Assembly (NCBI RefSeq): GCF_009914755.1 | Contig: NC_060927.1 | DNA from: the human T2T-CHM13v2.0 reference genome, Homo sapiens | Reading direction: 5' to 3' (one strand) | Length of the DNA: 64,000 bases | Shown: one piece after another, positions 29,314-41,050 of the stretch | Position numbering within the stretch: the stretch's first letter is position 1 | Layout of the letters: the number at the start of each line of letters is the position of its first letter | The notes under the pieces: model-generated | What the model was told of the DNA's origin: nothing | The model's input: the letters and a program-made list of their open reading frames with translations, nothing else | Database searches by the model: none | Translations under genes and position numbers: made by a program

Positions 29314-32300
29314 TTTTTTTTACTTCTTTGCCAGCTTCTTTTTTCTTTCTTTTTAAAATTATACTTTAAATTCTGGGATACATGTGCAGAACATGTAGGT
29401 TTGTTACATAGGTATACATGGGCCATGGTGGTTTGCCGCACCCATCAACTTGTCATCTAAGTTTTAAGCCCTGTCTGCATTAGGTATTTGTCCTAATGCT
29501 CTCCCTCCCCTTGCCCCCCAACCCCCGACAGGCCTCAGTGAATGATGTTCCCCTTCCTGTGTCCATGTGTTCTCATTGTTCAACTCCCACTTATGAATGA
29601 GAACATACAGTGTTTGTTTTTCTGTTTCTGTGCTGTTAGTTTGCTGAGAATGATGGTTTCCAGCTTCATCCATGTCCCTGCAAAGGACATGAAGTCATTC
29701 TTTTTTATGGCTGCATAGTATTCCATGGTGTATATGTGCCACATTTTCTTAATCCAGTCTATCGTTGATGGGCATTTGGGTTCGTTCAAAGTCTTTGCTA
29801 TTGTGAATAGTGCTGCAATAAACATATGTATGCATGTGTCTTTATAGCAGAATGATTTATAATCCTTTGGGTATATACCCAGTAATGGTATTGCTGGGTC
29901 AAATGGTATTTCTGGTTCTAGATCCTTGAGGAATCATCACACTGTCTTCCATAATGGTTGAACTAATTTACACTCCCACCAACAGTGTAAAATCGTTCCT
30001 ATTTCTCCACATCCTCTCCAGCATTTGTTGTTTCCTGACTTGTTAATAATCTCCATTCTAACTGGCGTGAGAAGGTATCTCATTGTGGTTTTGATTTGCA
30101 TTTCTCTAATAACCAGTGATAATGAGTTTTTTTTCATGTTTGTTGGCTGCATAAATGTCTTCTTTTGAAAAGCGTCTGTTCATATCCTTTGCCCACTTTT
30201 TGATGAGATTGTTTGTTTTTTTCTTGTAAATTTGTTTAAGTTCCTTGAAGATTCTGGATGTTAGCCCTTTGTCAGATGGATAGAGTGCAAAAATTTTCTC
30301 CCATTCTGTAGGTTGCCTGTTGACTCTGATGGTAGTTTCTTTTGCTGTGCAGAAGCTCTTTAGTTTAATTAGATCCCATTTGTCAATTTTGACATTTGTT
30401 GCCATTGCTTTTGGTGTTTTAGTCATGAAGTCTGTGGCTATGCCTATGTCCTGAATGGTATTGCCTAGGTTTTCTTCTAGGGTTTTTATGGTTTTAGGTT
30501 TTATGTTTAAGTCTTTAATGAATCTTGAGTTAATTTTTGTATAAGGTGTAAGGAGGGGATCCAGTTTCAGTTTTCTGCATATGACTAGCCAATTTTCCCA
30601 GCACCATTTATTAAATAGGGAATCCTTTCCCCGTTGCTTGTTTTGTCAGGTTTGTCAAAGATCAGGTGGTTGTAGATGTGTGGTGTTATTTCTGAGGCCT
30701 CTGTTCTGTTCCATTTATCTATATATCTGTTTCGATACAAGTAGAATGCTGTTTTGGTTACTGTAGCCTTGTAGTATAGTTTGAAATGAGGTAGCATGAG
30801 GCCTCTGGCTTTGTTCTTTTTGCTTAAGATTGTCTTGGCTATACGAGCTCTTTTTGGGTTCCATATGAAATTTTAAGTAAATTTTTTCTAATTCTGTGAA
30901 GAAAGTCAATGGTAGCTTGATGGGAATAGCTTTGAATCTATAAATTACTTTGGGTAGTATGGCCATTTTCACGATATTGATTCGTCCTATCATTGAGCAT
31001 GGAATGTTTTTTCATTTGTTTGCGTCCTCTCTTATTTTCTTGAGCAGTGGTTTGTAGTTTTCCTTGAAGAGGTCCTTCACATCCCTTGTAAGTTGTATTC
31101 CTAAGTATTTTATTCTCTTTGAAGCAATTGTGAATGGCAGTTCGCTCATGATTTGGCTCTCTGCCTATTATTGGTTTTTCCTTTCCATATTTAGTGCTTC
31201 CTTAAGGAGCTCTTGTAAGGCAGGCCTGGTGGTGACAAAATCCCCCAGCATTTGCTTGTCTGTAAAGGATTTTATATTTCCTTCGTTTATGAAGCTTAGT
31301 TTGGCTGGATTATGAAATTCTGGGTTGAAAATTCTTTACTTTAAGAATGTTGAATGTTGGTTCCCACTCTCTTCTGGCTTGTAGGGTTACTGGAGAGAGA
31401 TCTGCTGTTAGTCTGATGGGCTTCCGTTTGTAGGTAAACTGACCTTTCTCTCTAGCTACCATTAACATTTTTTCCTTCATTTCAGCTTGGAGAATCTGAT
31501 GATTATGTGTCTTGGAGTTGCTCTTCTCAAGGAGTATCTTAGTAATGTTGTCTGTATTTCCTGAATTTGAATGTTGGCCTGTCTTTCTAGGTTGGGGAAG
31601 TTCTTTTGGATAATATCCTGAAGAGTGTTTTCCAACTTGGTTCCATTCTTCCCGTCACTTTCAGGTATACCAATCAATCATAGGTTTGGTCTTTTCACAT
31701 AGTCCCCTATTTCTTGGAGAGTTTTTTCATTCCATTTTATTCTTTCTTCTCTAATCTTGTCTTCATGCCTTATTGCAGTAAGTTGATCTTCAATCTCTGA
31801 TATCCTTTCTTCCATTTGATTGATTCGGCTACTGCTACTTGTGTGTGCTTCACAAGTTCTTGTGCTGTGTTTTTCAGCTCCATCAGGTCGTTTATATTCC
31901 TCTCTAAACTTGTGATTCTAGTTAGCAGTTTCCGTAACCTTTTATCAAGGTTCTTCGCTTCCTTGCTTTGGGTTAGAACATGCTCTTTTAGCTCAGAGGA
32001 GTTTGCTATTACCCACCTACTGAAGCCTACTTCTGTCAATTTGTCAAACTAATTCTCCATCCAGCTTTGTGCCCTTGCTGGAGAAGAGTTGTTATCATTT
32101 GGAGGAGAAGAGGCATTCTGATTTTTGGAATCTTCAGCATTTTTGTTCTGTTTTTTCGTCATCTTTGTGGATTTATCTACCTTTAATCTTTGATGCTGAT
32201 GACCTTTTGATGAGGTTTTTGTGTGGGCATCTTTTTTGTTGATGTCAATGTTATTGCTTTCTCTTTGTTAGTTTTTCCTTTAACAATCAGGCCCCTCTTT

Positions 32301-33475
32301 TGCAGGTCTGCTGGAGTTTGCTGGAGGTCCACTCCAGACTCTGTTTGCCTGGGTATCACCAGCAGAGGCTGCAAAACTGCAAAGATTGCTGCCTGCTCCT
32401 TCCTCTGGAAGCTTCATCACAGAGGAGGACCTGCCTGATGCCAGCCAGAGCTCTCCTGTATGAGGTGTCTGTCCACTCCTGCTGGAAGGTGTCTCCCAGT
32501 CAGGAAGCATAGGGGTCAGTAACCCACTTGAGGAGGCAGTCTATCCCTTAGCAGAGCTTGAGGGCTGTGCTGGGAGATCTGCTGCTGTCTTCAGAGATGG
32601 CAAGTAGGAACATTTAAGTCTGCTGAAGCTGCGCCCACAGCCACCCTTCCCCCAGGTGCTCTGTCCCAGGGAGATGGGAGTTTTGTCTATAAGCCCCTGA
32701 CTGGGGCTGCTGCCTTTCTTTCAGCGATGCTCTGCCCAGTGAGGAGGCATCTAGAGAGGCAGTCTGGCCCAAGCCACTTTGTTGTGCTGAGGTGAGCTCC
32801 CCCCAGTCCGAACTTCCTGGCTTCCTTAACACTGTGAGGGGAAAACCACCTACTCAAGCCTCAGTAATGGTGAATGCCTCGCCCCTGACCAAGCTGGATC
32901 ACCCCAGGTCAACTTCACACTGCTGTGCTGGCAGTGAGAATTTCAAGCCAGTGATTCTTAGCTTGCTGGGCTCCATGGGAGTGGGACCTACCGAGCAAGA
33001 CCACTTTGCTCCCTGGCTTCAGCCCCCTTTCCAAAGGGGTGAACGGTTCTGTCTCGCTGGAGTTCCAGGCAACACTGGGGTACAAAAAAAAGACTCCTGC
33101 AGCTAGCTTGGTGTCTGCCTGAACAGCTGCCCACTTTTGTGCTTGAAACCCAGGGCCCTGGTGGTGTAGTCACCCGAGGGAATCTCCTGGTCTGTTGGTT
33201 GCAAAAACCGTGGGAAAAGTGTAGTATCTGGGCCGGTTAGCACAGTCCCTCACAGCTTCCCTTGGCTGGGGAGGGAGGCCCCGGGCCCCTTGCACTTCCT
33301 GGGTGGGGCAACGCCCCACCCTGCTTTTGCTCAACCTCCGTGTGCTGTACCCACTGTCTAACCAGTCCCAATGAGATAAACCGGGTGCCTCAGTTGGAAA
33401 TGCAGAAATCACCCAGTTTCTGCGTTGGTCCCGCTGGTATCTGCAGACCAGAGCTGTTCCTATTCAGCCGTTTTC
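29314..33475 (-). mobile_element. L1PA7-like LINE-1, near-complete ends with large internal deletion
   Basis: 5'UTR, ORF1 remnants (31770..32039, 31477..31677), ORF2 C-terminal remnants and 3'UTR. ORF1-end/ORF2 junction at about 31172. Perfect 15-bp TSD catagataatattta (29299-29313 and 33476-33490). Inserted in an L2 that resumes on both sides. Confidence 0.9.
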
Positions 33476-34340
33476 CATAGATAATATTTAAAACTTGGAG
33501 AATAAAGGAGACAAATGAAAGAGAGACCACAGAGTAAGAAAAGAAGAGTTGCTCAGGACTAAGCCTGACCAACCTAATGTTCCTGAGGAGAATGAGAAGA
33601 AGGGATCATGGAAAAATGAGGGTGTAGTGCTACTGAAACTCAGAGACATGGCTCAAGAAAGCAGTAAGGTGTTGAATGCTGATGAGAGGTTTAATGCGAT
33701 GAAAATTGAAAACTGCTTAACTAGTCTGAGACTGTGATCCTCCACTTGTATATGTTCTGCTTTAGGGAGAGTCACCTAATGTATTTGGATTTCAGTTTCA
33801 TCATCTATAAAATAGTTGTGCTTGTGAAAGGCGGTGTTGAGTGCTGTGAAAGGAAGGGGTTTGCTTGGGAAGTGTCAGACATTGCATCGGACAATGCAAG
33901 ATGGTTAAGTGTGGAGGTGAGGGTGGAGCAGATGATCTACCAACTCTAAAAATGTATGAAATATGAGCCAATGTATAGGATGATAGTATTTAACTTTACA
34001 GAGTAGATGAAAGGATTTTCTGTATCACTCGGTAAAGTACCAAGTACTAGGTAAATACAAAGTGTTATTTCTGTTTACTGAGAATATACTTATCAAAGGG
34101 AATTGAGGATTTGTGGCAGCTGTTTTAAGATAGACATAGGCTATAGCCATGATGGGTGATCTCATATAGAAGAAGCTGGAGGCAGAATTGTCAGGTCTGT
34201 GAACCCAAATATTAGTGCATCAGCACCTTAGAAATTAAGAGGTCCCTGAGGTTTTGAGATTGGCATCTGGTCTTCTTGAGTGACAGCCACTAGGAGATAT
34301 TGCCTTGTTCTCATACCACAGAACTATCTGGATAATCTGA

Positions 34341-34354
34341 GGCCACCTGCTGGG
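34341..34354 (-). promoter_or_regulatory. CTCF-like core motif
   Basis: Reverse complement CCCAGCAGGTGGCC. Motif match only. Confidence 0.35.
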
Positions 34355-35536
34355 TGGTCAGGCCAGAACATCCATCCTTTTGGTACCGCTCTCAGAATTG
34401 CTCACTCCTGCCCGCTACCACAAACATTTAATTTTATATAGGGGAGATAGTGGAAGGGGAGGAGGATCCCTGTTCCCCAGGGCCTTGCCACAGAAATAAT
34501 GCCGAGGCTTCCACTGCTTCCTAGTATGTCATGCAGGGAGAAATCACTGGGTCCTCATGAAGCAACCCTATGCATTTGGGAACCTCATGTACAATGAATG
34601 CTCAATAAATACTTGTTTTTTAAAAAAGGGAATAACTAGCAATTCGTACTGTGTGTATTAGTGGGAGGCAAGGCTAACCTTTGCCGTTGGCCTATGGTGT
34701 CGGCTCTGTGGGATGATTTTGCAAATGTTCTGTTCCCACATTAGTAGCTTTCCAGATGATTACAATTCTGCTTCTAGAATTCCACCCTTTAATAGGCATT
34801 GTTCTCAGACAAAATGCAAGTGAGAGCAAAATCACATCATTAGTTTTTTATATCTTACTGCATTTGAATTATTTGGATGTCTCTTGAGAGCAGAGTTTGA
34901 AATGGATGCTGAGAAAGCCGGGGAGCTGAAGGAAGGTGGGAAACTACACAGAAAACGGCAGCTACAAATATCTAATTCTACAGGTTTCACAGTTGTGCCT
35001 AACACTGGTCCTGATCAGTAGCTTTGACAAGGCACGTACCTGAGGACAATGTGTGCCCCCTCTCCTTCTTTCTGTTTTTCATTAATTCCTTTATACTTCG
35101 CTTTGAATATGTATTGTGAGTCAGATGCCCCGCACATAATCACATGTTCTTAATACAGTTACACCCAGATGCACAAAGAGTTTGCAGGTAACGTTTTCAG
35201 TCTCTCTCAGCAGCTTCCAATTTTGTGCGACTGATTGATTAACACAGTAACATGAGCAAACACGAAGTACCAGAGCTTCAGGTGACACATTTAATTAACG
35301 ACATTCAGGCAAGCAAAGAAAGATAAGCATTCTGGTAGCAGCCAATTACAAATTACAGATTAATGAATGTAATTTCGGGTTTCAGAGATTTTCCTATTTT
35401 ATTCTAACACTGGGATCAACATTCATCAGCTCAGAAGGGGGAAGGTGCAGGCCTGCTAAGCAAGGTATCAACCTAAGGATAGCTTTTGCTTTTGCTCCAG
35501 CTCCATGTCTGATCAGATAGAATTACCAAACTTAAT

Positions 35537-35553
35537 CTGACCTCTAGTGGCAC
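35537..35553 (-). promoter_or_regulatory. CTCF-like core motif
   Basis: Reverse complement GTGCCACTAGAGGTCAG. Motif match only. Confidence 0.4.
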
Positions 35554-35784
35554 TTTGCATTAACAAGCACATTTGAAATCCACTTAGGAATTTTGCTGTG
35601 AGAATTCTGCTATCATCCCATCTTACAGCTGGAAGGAACCTTAGAGATGATCTGCTTGGCAGGCTTCTGCCCACTCCCCTATTTTACAGATGAGGAGACT
35701 GAGGCCTGGAGATATTGATGGGTGATGATAAAAATTGAATAGCTAATTGATAGAAAAGTCAATGATGACAGAATCCAAGTTTCT

Positions 35785-36113
35785 AAAAAAATTTAATTGT
35801 AATTTTTGTGGTAGGTGTATACATTTATGGGATACATAAGATGTTTTGATACAGGCATGCAATGAGTAATAATGACATCATGTAAAATGAGTCAAGTATT
35901 TTATCCTTTGTATCACAAACAATCTAGTTATACTCTTTTAGTTACTTTAAGATGTACAATTAAATTATTAATGACTATAGTCACTCTGTTATGCTATCAA
36001 ATACTAGGTATTATTCATTCTTTCTATTTTTTATACTCATTAAATCATCCCCATCTCCCCCATACCTTCCTACACTCCTTCCCAGCCTATGGTAACCATT
36101 CTTCTTCTATCTC
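35785..36113 (-). mobile_element. L1MA 3'-end fragment inserted in a MIR
   Basis: L1MA 3'UTR motifs. Degenerate TSD cagaatccaagtttct (35769-35784) / cagaatccaggttttt (36114-36129). Confidence 0.75.
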
Positions 36114-36629
36114 CAGAATCCAGGTTTTTAGATTTCTACATTGTTATGAGTGTGTTAGCAGAGAAAAGTCAATATGCAAGTCTGTAAGATTCTTGATGAG
36201 AATAAGCTTAGGTGTATAAAATTAATGGCTGTCTGAATATAGGTGAAAAGCATCAAAACACTTTTGGTTCAATATCTGTATATTTTAGCCCAAAGTTCCA
36301 AAGTTTTATGGCATTATCTGAGTCAAAATAACTGACTTTAATTTAGCTACATTTAAATGGTGAATTTCTTTGATTCTTTTGAGTCAATGGTTTATAACTA
36401 TCACTCTTAGTAAGTGAGATGATTGTAATGATTTAATCGGACCAACAATTCAGTGAACTAATCTAATATTCAGTTCTAAATCTCAGGAATATTCAAATTG
36501 GGACAAGGTATGAATCTTTTTGTACCCAATTCCAGGGTTTTTAATCAAACCACAGGCAGTGTTAAGCAGTTGAAAATAAATCAGACTTCAGGTTTGAGTA
36601 AACCTGGGTTAGAATTCTGGATTCTTGTC

Positions 36630-37093
36630 AGCATTCATTTCTATTGCTGCTGTAACCAATTACCACAAACTGAGTGACTTAAAGCAACACAAACTTATTT
36701 TCCTCTATTTCTGGAGATCAGAAGTCCAAAATACATTTTAAGGGGCAATAAGGTGTCAGCAGGGTTTGTTCCTCCTGGTGGCTTCAGGGGAGAATCCATT
36801 CCTTGACTCACCTACTTCTAAAGGTTGCTGACATCCCTTGGCTCCTGGCTACATCACCCCAACCTCTGCTTCCATGGTCGTATCGCCTTCTCTTCTGTAG
36901 TAAAATTTCCCCTTCATGAGGATAACATGATCACATTTATGGGCCACCTGGATTACTAGGGTAATCTTGCCATCTTTGAATCCTGATTTTAATCACATCT
37001 ACAAAGTTCCTTTTGCCATGTAAGGTAACATTAACAGGTTCTAGGGATTATGATATGGATATCTTGAGTGGGTTTATTATTCAGCCTTCCCCA
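36630..37093 (-). mobile_element. MLT1 solo LTR nested in MIR
   Basis: 'ctattgctgctgtaaccaattaccacaaactgagtgacttaaagcaacac...ttattattcagccttcccca'. Confidence 0.8.
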
Positions 37094-39168
37094 ATCTCTT
37101 ACCAGCTGTGTGATCTAGGTGTGATCATCTTAACCAGCCTTATCGAATTGGTTGGGAGGATTAAAATAGAGGATAGATAAAACATACCTAGCAAACTACC
37201 TGGTGCATGATAGGTGCTCAGCAATAGCAATGTTCTCTTCTTTTCCCTTGGCTTAATCAGTAGATGAAATCTTTAACAGTAGGTTATGCATATAGTGGAG
37301 GTTTATATTCAGCGTAGTCCAAGATCTGGTTTCTAGAAGCAGAATTACCATTTGGTGGATGAAGTAGAAACCAGAAATTCCTGAAATGCAGTATTTCTCA
37401 GTCCAGCCTTTCCCAAATGATGAATTCCTCTCTCCACCCTCCTGAATGGTGCATCTTGCATTTTGATTTTGGAAACTTGATTACTTTCTTCATCAGACTG
37501 TCTTTTCCTAGTTTGCATAGATAAAAACTTCATTGCTGGTAATCAAATTAATTGTCTTTTAAAATAGTTATGTCCTGTGGCAATCAATTATACAAGTCTA
37601 CAGATGGCACATAAAGTGTGTGCTGAATGGAATGATAATGGAATATAAACTATATTCAGGTTTACCCTGTTTTATTGTTTCTACTCGGCCATGTACTTGG
37701 TCTACATGAGAGGGATACTTAAAAAAATGTACTGCTATGTTTGGCCTCTTATGTTTCGCTTTCCTCCTCTTTTTATCATCTTTTACAACACAGATTTAGA
37801 GAAAATGTATGTAGTAGAACTCAGTTTCCTTGATCATTGGTAATGATGTGCAACAACTTGATGTGAAATGATTCACTGATAGTCTGGAAGCCTTACTTTG
37901 AACATCTTTCTTAGTGACACCATTAATTACAGGCTACAGTCTGGCTATCACCAAGCTGAATGTGGCCTTCAGAAGTAGTCTGCTTGGGCAGCATGGGATT
38001 CAAAATGTTTCCTTTGCATGTGTTCAGATGGACAAACACTCTGTAGTTTTCCCCAGTGATAATACCTGCCATAATGGGCTATTGCATGCATTGATGCCAG
38101 CTCCCCGAAGGCATTTCTCCATGGTGGAAACTGACATGTAGAAAAAAAGTGAAGGAAAAAAAATGGCTGACATCTATTGCTCCTTAAAATGATTTTCTCC
38201 CGAATCAAGACATGGGTATGTCCTACGCACATGGCTACATATGGTTGCCTTTACCCTACAATGGCCCTTCCTTTTTTTTTTTTTTTTCAGAGTGTTCCAG
38301 ATTTGCATTAAGCTGTCACCCGGTGGCTGTGTAACTAGCTGCTTTTGTGACTGTTACAGGCAAGTGATTGAAAATACCTAGATCCTGTTCATACAAAACT
38401 AGAATTAGAGGTTCTGAAAAATATTTTTCTCTAACATTCTGTGATTCCATGTTTTAATAAATTTCTTATTGGAGAAGGTAAATTTTGCCAATGAAAAAGA
38501 CCACAGTAAATTTAGAGGAGAAAAGGGCCGGATAGGCAGGTGAAATGACCTTGAGAGAAAGGAGAGGAGATAGAGCGGCAGTATCAACTACACGTAATAT
38601 GCACCGGTGCGTCTGGCCTGAAAATAAGTTCCTTCGACAATATATCCTGTAGGTACTTTGCTCTGCTTCATTTTTACCTTTATCAGATGGTCATTAAGAT
38701 TTCCTAAGCTCAAAATTCTTTGATTCTCCATTGCCACATCTGTGTGCCATGTTTGACCTCCGTGCAAGTTAGAACGCACAGGGCATTAGGAGCCACACGA
38801 ATTTTTTTTTTTTTTTTTTTTTTACCAGGAGCTTCTATTTTCTTGTGTCAATTATTTGTGCTCTATATTATATTGTGCTGCAATGCAGCAAAAATTACTG
38901 GCAAGATCAAAATATTCTAAAGGTAGACTTTTCAATAAGAAACATTATAAATACAAAACCAATGTTACCAGTTATCGCTAAACTAACCTGTTCAGAATGT
39001 GCAATTCTAGCCCTGGGCAGAATGGATACCTCAAGATATTGGTTTGCTGCAGCTAAATGGATACTTTGCCCCATATGTTTTTCAGCCGCAAAAGCCTTAA
39101 CAGACCTGCAGTTACAGACTCAGGGAAAAGCTTGTACTGTTGTTTGTGGATCGCAGGGAAGCCAGAGT

Positions 39169-39199
39169 TGCAGCTGACTTTCTGTCCACGAGATGGCGG
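39169..39199 (+). promoter_or_regulatory. CTCF-like site with upstream TGCAG module
   Basis: Core TGTCCACGAGATGGCGG (39183-39199) with TGCAG starting 14 bp upstream. Motif match only. Confidence 0.5.
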
Positions 39200-40147
39200 T
39201 AGAGGAGCACAGAAAAAAGAAACCATCTTGGGCTGTTAATCATGTTGACTGTTGAGAAGCTAAGAGGGAAGCCGATCTGTCATTAGGTAAGACCAAGCCA
39301 AAATTTATGGATTTCATACCTTAGTGGAAAACACTGGTTTGTGGCTCATGGCTGTTTCTAAGACCTTTTGATTTTATACAAAAATTCCATTCAACTATCA
39401 TCATCAAATAGCTGTCCCTATTTTTCCTTGATTTTGGCATATTTTAGCTTTTTACAGCTGGATCAACTGATGGGCTTCATTTTCCGCCCAGGTCAGCCCC
39501 AAGTGCTGAGGCAGTCCTAACAGGAGCAGAAAGGATAACAGCTGCCTCTGTGCAGGTGTGTTTGATCAGCAGCGCTTAGGCCATATATTCCAGGGGCTGG
39601 CATTTCCAGCTTCTCAGGTGGGATTCATTTCTGCCTCCTATCAAGATTCATATGGTGAGAAATTCATTAAATAGGAAAAAGATTTAGATGCTGGTTTAGG
39701 CAACCAACGACAATGATATAGGAATATTGACCAAGACTAAATTCAGGTGGTCATCCACAATTGGTAAGACATTTAAACACTAACTAGTATCCCAAATAAC
39801 TCCCTCTCCCTCCCCCACACTATCATTCTGCTTCTCTTTCCTTTCTCTTCTTTACTGCCCAGCAGATCCTGAATCTGGAACCTGAAGGGGAAGTTCTTGG
39901 TACCCTTCCAGCTTTGGATTCTCTAACTCTGTTTTCTATTGAGTTTTACCTTGCCTAGGATTCTTCTATGCAGTATTCAATTGTTCGTCTCCTGCTTGGG
40001 GAGAATAGTTCTAAGAACGTGAACAGCTTACCTAAGAAACCATGGCCATGTCTTGCCCATGCCCCTCTGCCCCTAAAATGTATCTCCTAATGTGGACAAT
40101 TCTCTGGGTCACATCTGAGTATTCTGTCTTTCTTCTTTTTCTACTTC

Positions 40148-40446
40148 TTTTTTTTTTTTTTTTTTGAGGCAGGATCTCACTCTGTCACTCAGGCTGTATT
40201 GCAGTGGTGTGATCCTAGCTGATGCAATCTTGACTAAAGTGAACTAAAGTGAGCCTCTTCTCTCAGCCTCCTGAGTAGCTGGGACTACAGGTGCATGGCA
40301 CCTCACCCAGCTGATTTTTACAATTTTTATAGAGACAGGGTCTCACTACGTTGCTCAGGCTGATCTCAAAGTCCTGGCCTACAGTGATCCTCCCACCTCA
40401 GCCTACCAAAGTGCTGGAATTACAGGCATGAGCCACCATGCCTGGT
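40148..40446 (-). mobile_element. AluJ SINE
   Basis: Poly-T followed by an antisense Alu with J-type features. Confidence 0.88.
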
Positions 40447-40789
40447 GCATCCCAGCTTTTTAATAAAGTGCAGCACCAAATAAATACTCCTGGGAGTGAG
40501 AAGGGAAGGAAAGGAGCCAGGCAGGGTCTGAGACAAAGCCTGAATCAGTCCAGCCTCACAAAGAGAGAATTTTGTGGTGCCTTCTATTTTATTTCAAAAA
40601 TGTTTGTGAGATTTGCATTCTACTAACATGTATTTATGCTTGTTTTAATATATTAAAACGCATTTAATTGCTTTGACATTGAGTAAAATTGCTCCAGGAA
40701 AATGCAACATGTTTATCCTGTGACTTTGAGTCCTTTTGGCCGCACTGACAATTACCCCTTGAATTTGAGTTTCTCAGTTAAGATTAGGT

Positions 40790-41050
40790 AGGAGTAGTGG
40801 TAAGGTGATGGGTTTAGAAATCAGACTGAACTGGTTGATTCTAGCTACCCTAGTTCACTAATTGTGTAACCTTGGACATGATATGGGGCCTCTCAGTCTC
40901 ATCTTTTTAATACATAAATAGGAATACTTGTAACCATATAGGATTGTTGTGAGGTGTAAATGCTAGAATGTGCACAAAAGGACAGAAAGTGTATAAAGCA
41001 GTTAGTACCTGATACACAAGGGACACACTCAATAAATGTTCTATCATTGT
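40790..41050 (+). mobile_element. MIR SINE
   Basis: 'gggtttagaaatcagactg...ttgtgtaaccttggac...cctctcagtctcatc...cactcaataaatgtt'. Confidence 0.7.
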
